DNA from: Patescibacteria group bacterium
GTDB lineage: Bacteria > Patescibacteriota > Patescibacteriia > GWA2-46-9
Assembly: GCA_041675205.1 (NCBI GenBank)
Contig: JBAYUF010000005.1
Coordinates: forward strand, 6,159 to 70,158
DNA: 64,000 nt
Reading direction: 5' to 3'
The notes beneath the pieces are model-generated. The model worked only from the letters and a program-made list of their open reading frames with translations, was not told the origin of the DNA and made no database searches. This document shows, in pieces, positions 47,189-57,186 of this stretch (the first letter of the stretch is position 1; each line of letters opens with the position of its first letter). A program made the position numbers and the translations under genes.

Positions 47189-47632
47189 ATGAAATTGAAT
47201 ATACAAACAAAGTTGCTTGTCCTTTTGCGCGTCACTTTGGGCGCGCTATTTGTGTATACCGGCCTACTTAAACTGTTTACGCCGGGCTGGTCGGCGGCGG
47301 GTTATTTAGCCGGTGCAAAGAATTTTACTGCTCTGTATGCCTTTCTTGGTCAGCCGGGCATTATCGAATGGGTCAGTCTTATAAACGAGTGGGCGCTCAC
47401 GCTTTTGGGCGTGGCACTTATTACTGGTTTGTTCCTTCGGGTGGCTGCACCTCTCGGCGCCTTACTCATGCTGCTGTATTACGCCGTTTTACCTTTTCCT
47501 TTCCAAAGTCCAAATAGCTTTTTAATCGATGAGCACATTATTTACGCGCTAGTACTCCTGGTGTTGGCATCTGCGAACGCGGGTCGTCATTTAAGCATTC
47601 AGGCACTTTGGCGGTCACGTCGTACACTATGA
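47189..47632 (+). CDS. DoxX-family membrane protein
   Basis: LLRVTLGALFVYTGLLK and four TM helices. Confidence 0.6.
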   Translation: MKLNIQTKLLVLLRVTLGALFVYTGLLKLFTPGWSAAGYLAGAKNFTALYAFLGQPGIIEWVSLINEWALTLLGVALITGLFLRVAAPLGALLMLLYYAVLPFPFQSPNSFLIDEHIIYALVLLVLASANAGRHLSIQALWRSRRTL

Positions 47633-49383
47633 GCACAGTCATTACTTGGATTCGAACCCACTACGTTTGGTCGGCTGTTATTGCGGTTGTCATAGTTGGT
47701 ATTGGTTTCGGCATTGTTCGAAGTCGTTCGGGTGGAGATACGACGTTTGAAACGATTGTTGCGCGTAAGCAAAATATAACGCAGACCGTTGAAGTAACCG
47801 GCAAGGTGAAGCCTGCGTCGGCGGTGGACCTGGCGTTTGAAGGCACGGGGCGAGTGGCGGCGGTTAGCGTTATCGTTGGCGCCAAAGTGGCACAAGGGGA
47901 TACGCTGGTTCGATTGGAAGGTGCCACATTGTCTGCCTCGGTTTCTGAAGCGAATGCAAATGTCACGAGTGCCTTAGCTCGACTTAAGCAACAAGAGGCA
48001 TTATTGGATGCGGCTCGGGCAGAGTATGACGAGCTTCTTCGTGGCCCAAGAACTGAGGAGCGAACTATTTCTGCTACGAAGGTGGCTCGTGCTGAGCAGA
48101 CATTGGCGGACAGTAAGAAAAAATTAATTGATTCCACAAGCACCTCTGACACGGCGCTGCGTAACGTTTACGCCAGTGCTGGTGACACACTGCAAGATGC
48201 GTATCGAGTCGCAGACGATGCGTTGGCGAAGCAAGTTGATGATTTTTTTCTTGACCAAGGTTCAGGTACGCCACGACTTTCTTACGTAACCGCTGACACA
48301 CAATCTGGAATCGATGCCGAGAATCAGCGTCTGGCGGCTGGCTTGGCAGTGCAGTCGCTAGCCACACTTGCAACTGTCGACGTTACAAACGGTGCTGCGG
48401 TTACAAGTGCGCTTTCTGTTGCTGTTAGTAAGCTGCGAATTGTGCAAGCTATGTTGGAACGTTTAGCCGACACCTTGAATGTATCGACTAGTTTAAACAG
48501 CACTTCACTCGCAACGTATAAAGCTAATCTCAACACGGCTCGAACAAATATTAATGCGTCAATTAGTGCAATTAATTCACAGTCGCAGAGTATAAGTGCT
48601 CAGCAGGCCACAAACCAGGCCGCTACCACCACAGCGCAGGCAGCGGTAAATGATGCGGAGCAAGCCGTAATGGCTGCTAAAAATGAGCTAGCCTTACTTG
48701 ACGCCGGGGCGTCTTCGGAAAAATTGAGAAGCGAAGCCGCCGCGGTAAAGCAGGCAGAAGCGAATGTCGCTTCGCAGCGGGGAGATGTCGAGCGTGCGCA
48801 AGCTGCTGCGGCAAGCGCTCGAGCAGAGTTGGCGAAGGCAACGCTACGGGCGCCGATAGCCGGCGTCGTGACGGCCGTTGCTATTGAACCGGGAGAAATA
48901 GTGTCTGCCAATAAAACTATCGTTTCGCTTATAGGTGACAGCGCCTATGAAGTTGAATCATTTGTACCAGAGGCAGAAATCTCTAAAGTCAAAATAGGGG
49001 ATGATGCAGCTATTACGCTGGACGCTTATGGCAGCGATGTTGTTTTAACGGCAGTGGTCACCAGTGTTGATCCTGCGGAAACTGAAGTTGAAGGGGTAGC
49101 AACGTACAAGATGGTACTACAATTTACCGGGCAAGATGAACGCATTAAATCAGGCATGACCGCTAACATAGTGCTCACGACTGGCGAACGTACAAATGTT
49201 TTGGCAATTCCTCAACGAGCAATTTTTAGTCGCGATAGAATAAAGTACGTTCGGGTGCTGGTGGGCGAGTTACCAGAAGAGGTAAAAGTAACAACGGGCC
49301 TTAATGATATTTTGGGCAACGTTGAAATTCTTGAAGGCTTAGAGGAGGGTGACACCGTTATTGTTTCGGAAAAAGCAAAGTAG
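47608..49383 (+). CDS. HlyD-family/efflux membrane-fusion (periplasmic adaptor) protein with long coiled coil
   Basis: N-terminal TM, lipoyl-like beta segments flanking a long Ala/Gln-rich coiled coil, and a C-terminal beta-barrel. Confidence 0.7.
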   Translation: MAVTSYTMSTVITWIRTHYVWSAVIAVVIVGIGFGIVRSRSGGDTTFETIVARKQNITQTVEVTGKVKPASAVDLAFEGTGRVAAVSVIVGAKVAQGDTLVRLEGATLSASVSEANANVTSALARLKQQEALLDAARAEYDELLRGPRTEERTISATKVARAEQTLADSKKKLIDSTSTSDTALRNVYASAGDTLQDAYRVADDALAKQVDDFFLDQGSGTPRLSYVTADTQSGIDAENQRLAAGLAVQSLATLATVDVTNGAAVTSALSVAVSKLRIVQAMLERLADTLNVSTSLNSTSLATYKANLNTARTNINASISAINSQSQSISAQQATNQAATTTAQAAVNDAEQAVMAAKNELALLDAGASSEKLRSEAAAVKQAEANVASQRGDVERAQAAAASARAELAKATLRAPIAGVVTAVAIEPGEIVSANKTIVSLIGDSAYEVESFVPEAEISKVKIGDDAAITLDAYGSDVVLTAVVTSVDPAETEVEGVATYKMVLQFTGQDERIKSGMTANIVLTTGERTNVLAIPQRAIFSRDRIKYVRVLVGELPEEVKVTTGLNDILGNVEILEGLEEGDTVIVSEKAK

Positions 49384-49481
49384 AGTTTTTGCCAGCGCAT
49401 TGGTCGAGGAAAAAAAGAAGCCCGCGCCTAAAGGTCGACGCGGGCACAACGGACTGGCCTACCGGCCGGTGGACTAGCGCG

Positions 49482-49700
49482 CTACTCGCCACACCTGCTG
49501 CAGAAGACTCTGCTCTCAGTGAGCGCCCGCGCCGTTTCCAGCAGGGCTTCGTATGAAATCGGGAGGGACTTCCTCCCACATCCCGCGCATTCCAGCACGT
49601 ACGTTGCGCCCGCAGGCAGCGCTGGCACGTCCAGCTGCTGCGTGTCGATCCGCATGACGGCACGAATGCTCGGTTGAGTACCCTCGGTTGTTGCGTTCAT
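49482..49700 (-). CDS. small CxxC...CxxC zinc-ribbon protein in a high-GC islet
   Basis: Strong SD (AGGAGGTG) 7 nt upstream of the ATG. ECAGCG...CSRCGE. About 62% GC. Confidence 0.5.
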   Translation of the reverse strand: MNATTEGTQPSIRAVMRIDTQQLDVPALPAGATYVLECAGCGRKSLPISYEALLETARALTESRVFCSRCGE

Positions 49701-49778
49701 AAGCCACCTCCTGTGGCGTCGCCGGTCTGTTTATTGGCGACTATTCTACCCTAGCATTCCAAAAGGAAAAGGCAAGAG

Positions 49779-50390
49779 CTAGCCAATATCCATGGCTGAG
49801 GGGTCTTTTTGGCGCCGAGGGGGTGGTGCAAGTTGCGGTAGGATGTGTGGGGCAGCACGTTCCTCAATCTCAGTTTCTTCATCAGGATACTTCTCATCAT
49901 CCGACTCAGTTACGCTCTCAACAGGTAGTCGCGTTAGTGGAGCGTTGTGAAGTTCCACCGGTGCAGCGCGCGCTGTTGGCGTCGCCGTCGATTCGTGCTG
50001 CCGCACAAGACGATGCAGCTCAGGAACGTGCTCTGCGCTTAACGCGTTAACAATTTTTTTTAAATCTTTTCTATCTGACGAACTAATTACTCCAGCCCGT
50101 TGCGCTTTCCAGCCCGCTTTCTGCATCCGTCGTCGAGCGAAGTAAGAAATACTCGTTGCGCCAGTGGGCAAGCGTTTTAGTTCGTCACCAATAATATTTG
50201 CAATTGTGCTGAGATCTTTTTTTGAAAGGTTTTTGGCTTCTCGGCGGACAGCTCCACCCGACCATTTAAAACGTCGGAGCTGACCAGCCAATCCCTTGTG
50301 GCGAGCATCACCAAACCGGCCAGATTGAAAATGGCTGCCCGTGCCGGCTTTAGACAGGTCAACGCTTGCGTCTTCTTTATGAGATTGCAT
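49779..50390 (-). CDS. hypothetical protein
   Basis: 203-aa ORF, basic with an acidic C-terminal tail. Confidence 0.4.
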   Translation of the reverse strand: MQSHKEDASVDLSKAGTGSHFQSGRFGDARHKGLAGQLRRFKWSGGAVRREAKNLSKKDLSTIANIIGDELKRLPTGATSISYFARRRMQKAGWKAQRAGVISSSDRKDLKKIVNALSAEHVPELHRLVRQHESTATPTARAAPVELHNAPLTRLPVESVTESDDEKYPDEETEIEERAAPHILPQLAPPPRRQKDPSAMDIG

Positions 50391-50434
50391 TTTTTAGACG
50401 TAACTTGAATGTTTTGCTGGTAACGTATACAATT

Positions 50435-51262
50435 ATGACATATTTCATGGGTTTTTTCAATATGACTACTACAAAAAAATACAGTATTGCATTGGTTCTT
50501 GTGGTGCTCATAGGTCTTTTTGGGCTGAAAGTAGTACTGAACCAAGGCACAACACCACCACAAACTGAAACACCGGACAGACCTGTTGTGGATTTGGTGA
50601 CACCAAGCGAGGGCGAAACAGAACAACCCGCGGCGCCAGTACAGCCACCGGTAGATGAACCTGTCGCAGAAACGAAACTTCCCGTGAAAATAAATATTAC
50701 TGTTCCTTTTACTTCGCAAGCGCCATTTGGCGATTGGGATGATCAACGACAGCAAGATGGTTGTGAGGAGGCGTCAACGTTGATGGCGGCGAGATGGATT
50801 ACTGGCGAGTCATTAAATCCAACAACGGCATTGGCGGAGCTAATGAAAATTTTTTCTTGGGAGGTTGAAGCCTTTGGAGCCTCGAATGACACCAATGCGG
50901 CAGATACTGCTCGCATTTTGACTGACTATTTTAAAGTCCCACAGGTCACGGTGAGTCGAGACGTTTCGGTTGCCAGTATTCGTAGTGCGTTGGCTTCTGG
51001 TAAGGTCGTCATTGTGCCTACTGACGGTCAAGCCTTGGGGAACCCATATTTTAGTGGTGATGGACCAGAGCGCCACATGCTTATCATTATTGGGTACGAT
51101 GATTCGACAAAACGCTTTATAGTGAATGACCCAGGTACAAAGCGGGGTGCTTCGTATCAGTATAACTACGACGTGCTTTTCGACGCTATTCGAGAGTACC
51201 CGTCGGGTGTGCATCAGCCAATCGTTGCGGATCGAAAAGCAATGATTATAGTTGCCAAATAG
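50435..51262 (+). CDS. membrane-anchored C39-like (papain-fold) peptidase-domain protein
   Basis: QQDGCEEAST (Cys context) and ERHMLIIIGYDD (His context) resemble the Peptidase_C39_2 family. N-terminal TM. Confidence 0.5.
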   Translation: MTYFMGFFNMTTTKKYSIALVLVVLIGLFGLKVVLNQGTTPPQTETPDRPVVDLVTPSEGETEQPAAPVQPPVDEPVAETKLPVKINITVPFTSQAPFGDWDDQRQQDGCEEASTLMAARWITGESLNPTTALAELMKIFSWEVEAFGASNDTNAADTARILTDYFKVPQVTVSRDVSVASIRSALASGKVVIVPTDGQALGNPYFSGDGPERHMLIIIGYDDSTKRFIVNDPGTKRGASYQYNYDVLFDAIREYPSGVHQPIVADRKAMIIVAK

Positions 51263-51295
51263 TAATTTACTCATCTTTTTTCTTGCAAAACGAAA

Positions 51296-52216
51296 ATGGA
51301 AAAGAAAAAACCATTGACTCCAGAAGAGGAATTGCAACGACTTGCCACAGAGTTTTACGAACGCTTTCAGCGTGGTGGTAGCGGCATACGCTCTGTTGTT
51401 CGAAACATTGCGCTGGTCGTTGGTCTGCTCATTATTGTTATAAATAACCCCTTACTTTTAAGTTTACTTCCTATGGACATTACTTTTGTTCCAGTACTTA
51501 TAGTTTTGTTTGTTGTACTCATAAGTATTCGGCAGGTTAACCAGTACGAGCGGGGAGTGAAGTTTCAATTTGGAAAATTTCGACGCATGGTAGAACCAGG
51601 TTGGCGTTTGGTTTGGCCAATTATTCAAAACATGACCAAGGTGGATATCCGCGTAAAGGTTACTGACGTCCCGTATCAAGAAACGATTACGCGCGACAAC
51701 GTTTCGGCGCGTATTAACGCTGTTCTTTTCTACAAAATTACTGACGTAGAAAAAGTGATTATTGAAGTTGAAAATTTTCGAGATGCTGTTTCTCAGCTGG
51801 CGCAAACCACCATGCGGAATGTTATTGGTGAAATGACGTTAGACGAGTTGCTTTCAAATCGCGATGCTGCCGCCGAGCGTATTCGAGAAATCATTGATAA
51901 AGCCAGTGATCCATGGGGCATTAAAGTAGAGTCCGTTGAGTTAAAAGATATTGTGCTTCCTGAAGATATGGTGCGCACTATTGCGAAGCAAGCAGAAGCC
52001 GAGCGAGAACGACGAGCAGTTATCATTAACTCTGAAGGTGAAGTATCGGCCGCTGAGAATTTGCGGAAAGCTGCGGAAATATTGTCTGGCTCCCCAGGCG
52101 CACTGCATCTCCGTACATTGAATAGCATCAACGACATTTCGAGCGACGCATCAAACACCATAGTATTCGCCGTGCCACTCGAGGTACTCAAAGCATTTGA
52201 ACGGTTAGGTAAATAG
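51296..52216 (+). CDS. SPFH/Band-7 (stomatin/HflK-like) protein
   Basis: TM followed by an SPFH core (KVDIRVKVTDVPYQETITRDNV...). Confidence 0.75.
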   Translation: MEKKKPLTPEEELQRLATEFYERFQRGGSGIRSVVRNIALVVGLLIIVINNPLLLSLLPMDITFVPVLIVLFVVLISIRQVNQYERGVKFQFGKFRRMVEPGWRLVWPIIQNMTKVDIRVKVTDVPYQETITRDNVSARINAVLFYKITDVEKVIIEVENFRDAVSQLAQTTMRNVIGEMTLDELLSNRDAAAERIREIIDKASDPWGIKVESVELKDIVLPEDMVRTIAKQAEAERERRAVIINSEGEVSAAENLRKAAEILSGSPGALHLRTLNSINDISSDASNTIVFAVPLEVLKAFERLGK

Positions 52217-52225
52217 GTCGTTTCT

Positions 52226-52993
52226 TTGGCGATGCTCTTTGGTAAAAAAATAGTTGTCGTCATGCCGGCGTATAACGCCGAGCAAACAGTGCGACAAACG
52301 TATGAAGAAGTACCAAAAGATTTTGTTGATGAGGTAGTTCTTGTTGACGACCAGAGTGTTGATCAAACAGCCGCCGTTGCCGCTTCGCTTGGCATACGGA
52401 CAATCAGCCATCCGAAGAATACGGGGTATGGTGGCAATCAAAAGACATGCTATCGAGAAGCTTTGCGACTCGGGGCGGATGTTGTTGTTATGTTGCATCC
52501 GGATTATCAGTATTCGCCAAAACTTGTACTACCCATGGCGGCGCTCATTGCCAGCGGACAGTATGATGCTGTGCTCGGCTCACGATTTATTTCGGAAGGC
52601 GCCATGAAAAACGGTATGCCGTTGTATAAGTATGTTTCAAACCGTTGTCTGACCTTGTTTGAAAATTTGTGCACCGGCAAACGACTTTCAGAGTATCACA
52701 CGGGCTATCGTGCCTTCTCGCGACGTGTACTCGAGTCGCTGCCGCTTGCCGAGAACTCTGACGATTACGTATTTGATAGCCAGATGCTAGCGCAGGTGTT
52801 GTATGCAGGTTTCAAAGTAGGTGAAATTTCTTGCCCGGCGCGATACTTTCCTGAAGCTTCATCCATAAATTTTCGCCGTTCGGTTCACTATGGGTTTGGT
52901 GTGCTAGCAACGTCACTGCAATATCGACTCAATAAACTTGGGGTAATGAAGACTGGTCGGTTTCAGAATATTCAATTTCCCGACACGTTGTAG
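52226..52993 (+). CDS. family 2 glycosyltransferase (DPM1-like)
   Basis: VVMPAYNAE and [10 protein letters not shown] (DxD) motifs. Confidence 0.75.
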   Translation: MAMLFGKKIVVVMPAYNAEQTVRQTYEEVPKDFVDEVVLVDDQSVDQTAAVAASLGIRTISHPKNTGYGGNQKTCYREALRLGADVVVMLHPDYQYSPKLVLPMAALIASGQYDAVLGSRFISEGAMKNGMPLYKYVSNRCLTLFENLCTGKRLSEYHTGYRAFSRRVLESLPLAENSDDYVFDSQMLAQVLYAGFKVGEISCPARYFPEASSINFRRSVHYGFGVLATSLQYRLNKLGVMKTGRFQNIQFPDTL

Positions 52994-53523
52994 CGCTCAG
53001 CATTCTCTAGATGAATGAGCGCGGTCTGTAGTGCCTGGTAGCTGTAGTCAATTCGCGTAATTCTGTTTTTTGTAAGGACACCAATGATGCCGAGATTTTC
53101 ACGGAAAGAACCGTCTTTGCTGTAGCCGAGTTCGACCGCTGCATCGGTTGCTTCCAGGCCGGCTTTCATTTTTGCAATTATTTCAGATTGATACTCAAAG
53201 CAGCTGGACAACCCAAGGTGTACATTTGTGCCATCCCAGATGGCGCATGCGGTTGTATCCATGTGTCCAGTTTTTGTATAGGGGACGTCAATAAGTCCGG
53301 ATTCAAGGCCAACGCCATAGTCTCCACCTAGCTCCATAAGGGCGGCACGAGCACGGTCAGCCGCTCCACGAATTGTTTCTTCAAGGTTCATTGGTTGTGC
53401 TGGCACAGAAGTTTTAACACTGACACCAATAACTTCGGCGTTTGCTAATAGTGGGTATTCACGAACAGCTCTTCGAACGGCTTCCAGCTTCGCTTCGTTT
53501 TTTGTGCCGACGATAATTCGCAT
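52972..53523 (-). CDS. inosine/xanthosine triphosphatase-like NTPase (YjjX family)
   Basis: N-terminal [16 protein letters not shown]. Start trimmed to the ATG at 53523. Confidence 0.5.
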   Translation of the reverse strand: MRIIVGTKNEAKLEAVRRAVREYPLLANAEVIGVSVKTSVPAQPMNLEETIRGAADRARAALMELGGDYGVGLESGLIDVPYTKTGHMDTTACAIWDGTNVHLGLSSCFEYQSEIIAKMKAGLEATDAAVELGYSKDGSFRENLGIIGVLTKNRITRIDYSYQALQTALIHLENAERYNVSGN

Positions 53524-53606
53524 AGTTACTATTGGTTGCTGCTTTGCAGTATAGCAAATAAATTGAACGCACTTGTCTTCTGCGCCTGACAAGCTACTAT
53601 ACAACC

Positions 53607-54524
53607 ATGTTTATTGTGGAAATTGCAATCGTTGTTTTTGGCCTCTGCCTTTTTGAGGTAATTTCTAGCATTGATAACGCCATAATCAATGCCGAAGTTT
53701 TAAGTGGCATGGGTGCTAAAGCGAGAAAGTGGTTTTTGTTGTGGGGTTTGTTATTGGCAGTTTTTGTCGTTCGAGGGTTGTTGCCCCTATTCATTGTTTG
53801 GGTCACCGCGCCCGAGCTTGGGTTTTGGGGAGCGTTAACCGCAACGTTTAGTAGTGACCCTCAGGTGCTCGCCGCGGTGGAAATGGCAGCGCCGATACTA
53901 CTCACCGGCGGCGGTGTCTTTTTGATTTTTTTATTTTTCCATTGGTTGTTCTTGGAAGATAAGAATTATGGTCTACCACATGAAAAGTTTTTTTATCGTT
54001 ATGGCCTGTGGTTCTATACCGTGGTTTCGATAATACTTGCAGCAATAGTATGGTTTACTATTCATGAAAATCCCTTGATGGCGTTTAGTGCCGTGGTTGG
54101 GTCAACGGCGTTTTTTATTACCCACGGGTTTAAACAGAACGCCGAATTGGCTGAAAAGGATTTATTGACGTCGCACCGTTCGGATATGAGCAAGATTCTT
54201 TATCTGGAGGTTATTGACGCCACTTTTTCGGTTGACGGAGTTCTCGGTGCATTTGCATTCACCTTATCCGTGCCGCTTATTTTCTTTGGGAATGGTGTGG
54301 GTGCCTATGTTGTGCGGGAGCTTACAATTAGAAATGTCGAGAATATAAAAAAGTATTTGTTTTTGAAAAATGGTGCGATGTATTCGATTCTTTTCTTGGG
54401 AACCATAATGCTGCTTGACGCTTTTGGTGTGCACGTGCCAAGTTGGGTGTCGCCACTGACCACGTTTGGAGTGGTCGGGTATTTCTTTATGAAGTCGAAG
54501 CGGGAGATGGTGGTTAGTGGTTAG
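53607..54524 (+). CDS. DUF475-family integral membrane protein
   Basis: Multi-TM protein with FEVISSIDNAIINAEVL N-terminus. Confidence 0.5.
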   Translation: MFIVEIAIVVFGLCLFEVISSIDNAIINAEVLSGMGAKARKWFLLWGLLLAVFVVRGLLPLFIVWVTAPELGFWGALTATFSSDPQVLAAVEMAAPILLTGGGVFLIFLFFHWLFLEDKNYGLPHEKFFYRYGLWFYTVVSIILAAIVWFTIHENPLMAFSAVVGSTAFFITHGFKQNAELAEKDLLTSHRSDMSKILYLEVIDATFSVDGVLGAFAFTLSVPLIFFGNGVGAYVVRELTIRNVENIKKYLFLKNGAMYSILFLGTIMLLDAFGVHVPSWVSPLTTFGVVGYFFMKSKREMVVSG

Positions 54525-54538
54525 TAGCGGGTGGTCTA

Positions 54539-54952
54539 TTATGGAGTCGTCTTTATAGCCCGCGAAGAAGTGTCTAGCCAGGATTCAGGAAGAAGTTCAA
54601 ACATTTTTATATTTCTATCTTGCGCTACGTGAACAAGCGTTTCTTTGTTGTTGGCGTGTATTTGAAGCAGTAGTTCTCGACAGCGACCACAGGGTGGAAT
54701 AACAGTTCCGGAATTTTTAACCGCCAACATTTCTACAACTTCAGATTCACCTGATTTTAACATTTCAGCCACTGCTGCGTGTTCAGCGCAAAAGCCAAGA
54801 CTGCAGTCAGTATCAATGCAGATTCCCGTATAAATATTTCCATCCTTCGTTTTTAGGGCGGCTCCGACCCCGCCACAACTTGCAAAAGGGGTTAGTTGAC
54901 GGCCAGCACTTATCGCAAATGCTTTTTGGTAGAGTTCTTCAAAATTATTCAT
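54539..54952 (-). CDS. cdd: cytidine deaminase
   Basis: CAEHAA...PCGRCRELL zinc-binding motifs. Confidence 0.8.
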   Translation of the reverse strand: MNNFEELYQKAFAISAGRQLTPFASCGGVGAALKTKDGNIYTGICIDTDCSLGFCAEHAAVAEMLKSGESEVVEMLAVKNSGTVIPPCGRCRELLLQIHANNKETLVHVAQDRNIKMFELLPESWLDTSSRAIKTTP

Positions 54953-54994
54953 ATTACCTTAAAAAAATTTCGATTGTTCGAAATGTATATTAAT

Positions 54995-55240
54995 GACGTT
55001 GGGCTGGTCCCGCTGCTGCGGGACTACTAGCTGTTGAAACATTCTGACTACATCAGAATGATCATTATCGTTGCGGGACCATATTCCCGGGGTTCGTCGG
55101 CCATGGGCATCGCCGAACCCTTCGAGTCCCGACGCACAACAAACTGTTGTTGTCCTCCAGCCCTCAGTCACGATGTTCTCCCGCCCTGTGGCGGGACTAC
55201 TGACTTTCAAAACATTATGACAACGTCATAATGCACGTTA
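54995..55240. repeat. tandem duplicated hairpin module sharing GTCCCGCC with the adjacent tRNA-Pro T-arm
   Basis: Two units of about 95 nt: TCCCGCTGCTGCGGGACTACT...CATTCTGACTACATCAGAATG and TCCCGCCCTGTGGCGGGACTACT...CATTATGACAACGTCATAATG. The hairpin arms carry compensatory substitutions. Confidence 0.55.
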
Positions 55241-55244
55241 GTGT

Positions 55245-55321
55245 GGTCGGGCTGGCGGGACTCGAACCCGCGACCTCGTCGTCCCGAACGACGCGCGCTA
55301 GCCAACTGCGCTACAGCCCGA
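55245..55321 (-). tRNA. tRNA-Pro (anticodon CGG), CCA encoded
   Basis: Reverse complement folds as CGGGCTG acceptor, GCGCAGTTGGCTAGCGC D-arm, anticodon loop TTCGGGA, T-arm GCGGGTTCGAGTCCCGC. Confidence 0.8.
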
Positions 55322-55425
55322 TATGAGGAAATTTGGAACCTAGTTTATTCGTCATTAAACAAGGTTAGCCAAGTATAGCTGGCACAACGTTTTTACTCAA
55401 TTAGCGGGATTGACCGTAAAAGCCA

Positions 55426-56769
55426 TTAATCTTCCACAAAATGTATAAGCTTCTGTTGAAGCACTTCAATTTTATCCGGTAATTTTGCAGCCATTGCGAG
55501 CGCCAGTTTTGCTGCCTCAGCGTCAGTTGGTCCTTCTCGAAGTGAAATACCAAGCTGCTGTGCAGTTTCTAGTATTTCGTCAGACTTTGTTTTTCGATTT
55601 TTTAACATCAGTTCAAGTGGCTCCAAAATGAACTGTCTTTGATTCGGAATAAAGTTTTTTGCAAGCTTGAGAAGCGCTGAGCAGTAGCTATAAATAGCGT
55701 CGTCATCAAATCCGCTTAAAGCCGCCTTGCCTTGTAAAGTAAAACGGACATGACTATCTGGCGGAACAAAAATTGTTTTACGGTCAAAAGTAAAAGGTTC
55801 AGGAATGGCACTGTCGCTTGGTTGCACGGTAAGCCCTTTTTCGTACACCGCTGTTGCTAAAAATTTAATTAACTGTGAAATGGCGACTAAAATTTCGGGG
55901 TCGTTCATGTCTGGCGCACGATGTTCAATCGTGCCTACAGAATTTATTCGTATTGGATTCCATGAGGCGTCTAGCAGGGAGCCACGTTTTGCAAGTGAGC
56001 GTGCCTGTATACCAAGCTTATGTAGAGTAGCTTTCCAGTTGTGGGATCGTTGCTGAATAACATGTAGTAAATTCCCTCCGGTAGCTTCGTATGGTTGAAG
56101 TGCTCCAAGGTCTTGATAATTTGCATAGAGACCACCGGGATAATTAAATGGTTTTCCGCCTCGGTAGGCAATTATTCGGCTAGCTTTCCCGAGTCGTGTT
56201 CCTTGGTAAAAAGGTGATGATTGAGAAAAAGCAATCAGTGCCGGGTCCATGGCTATAAACAGATTATGTACATTCACGAGGTTCGTCTGTTGATTAGAAA
56301 AAAATCTATATACAAGATTCTTTGCAGTTTTACTATATACACCGCGCGGTAATGTAAAGTGGCAGTGCATGCCAGCGCACCGGCCAGCAATTGCAAAGCG
56401 TTGTTTACCAAAAATTTCTTCTTGTGCTCTATATCGTGGGGCATTCCGAATCGCCGGCGTGAATGTTCCCGGGTATGTTCCGAGATGGTAAATAACTAAC
56501 TCCTCCTTTTCTGCGGCGGCTAGCAAAGCTTTAAAGTCCTCCATGGACTGCCACATAATATTTGGCAAGTTTGTATGCGGCTTCGTTCGTAGCTCAATCA
56601 GGTTTTCAGATGCCTCGTATGTTGCATCTACGCTCGGGCTATCTGCACGTAATCGTTTAAGTAAACGGTCTGCGCCATTATGAATATACCCATCCTTGTC
56701 AAGAATGTGGAATTCAAATTCAATACCGAATGTTAGGTGTTTCAGCGGAACAGCGTTTATTTTTGTCAT
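55426..56769 (-). CDS. carboxylate-amine ligase (glutamate-cysteine ligase family 2, YbdK-like)
   Basis: N-terminal TFGIEFEFHILD and overall GCS2-like organization. Confidence 0.6.
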   Translation of the reverse strand: MTKINAVPLKHLTFGIEFEFHILDKDGYIHNGADRLLKRLRADSPSVDATYEASENLIELRTKPHTNLPNIMWQSMEDFKALLAAAEKEELVIYHLGTYPGTFTPAIRNAPRYRAQEEIFGKQRFAIAGRCAGMHCHFTLPRGVYSKTAKNLVYRFFSNQQTNLVNVHNLFIAMDPALIAFSQSSPFYQGTRLGKASRIIAYRGGKPFNYPGGLYANYQDLGALQPYEATGGNLLHVIQQRSHNWKATLHKLGIQARSLAKRGSLLDASWNPIRINSVGTIEHRAPDMNDPEILVAISQLIKFLATAVYEKGLTVQPSDSAIPEPFTFDRKTIFVPPDSHVRFTLQGKAALSGFDDDAIYSYCSALLKLAKNFIPNQRQFILEPLELMLKNRKTKSDEILETAQQLGISLREGPTDAEAAKLALAMAAKLPDKIEVLQQKLIHFVED

Positions 56770-56916
56770 AACACAAAAACCGAGTTTTGCTCGGTCTTAA
56801 AAGTTAAAACGATAAATTTTGTACCTGCATATAGACACATACTTATTATAGTTCAGCACCGTCTCTTTTGTCGAGCACCATTGCACGATTTTTTTTGTGA
56901 CGTACACTGGAATTAT

Positions 56917-57183
56917 ATGTGGGAGAACGAGCGCGAAACGCTCATGCGACAGGGGTCTATTGTGCTGCGCCTTATGGCAACAGCAGAGAAAAGTCGCACC
57001 ATGGCGAGAGGTCAGCAAAAGAATGGCGTTGTTAAAATAGACGTTAGAGAGCCTGCTTCGAAAGGACAAGCCAATCGCGCCATTCGTGCCTATCTTGCCG
57101 ATGTCTTTCGAGTACCGGTTGAGAATGTTCGTTTGCTTTTGGGCGTACGCAGTCCACGCAAACAATTTAAAATAATGCTTTAG
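56917..57183 (+). CDS. YggU/DUF167-family protein
   Basis: EPASKGQANRAIRAYLADVF...LLLGVRSPRK conserved core. Start ambiguous (56917 or 56944). Confidence 0.55.
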   Translation: MWENERETLMRQGSIVLRLMATAEKSRTMARGQQKNGVVKIDVREPASKGQANRAIRAYLADVFRVPVENVRLLLGVRSPRKQFKIML

Positions 57184-57186
57184 GGT

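Noticed and set aside
47661-48911. Several minus-strand ORFs (47661-48152, 48600-48911 and others) inside the HlyD-like gene
   Set aside because: These are Ala-rich antisense frames of the Ala/Gln-rich coiled-coil region. The plus-strand gene is clearly real.
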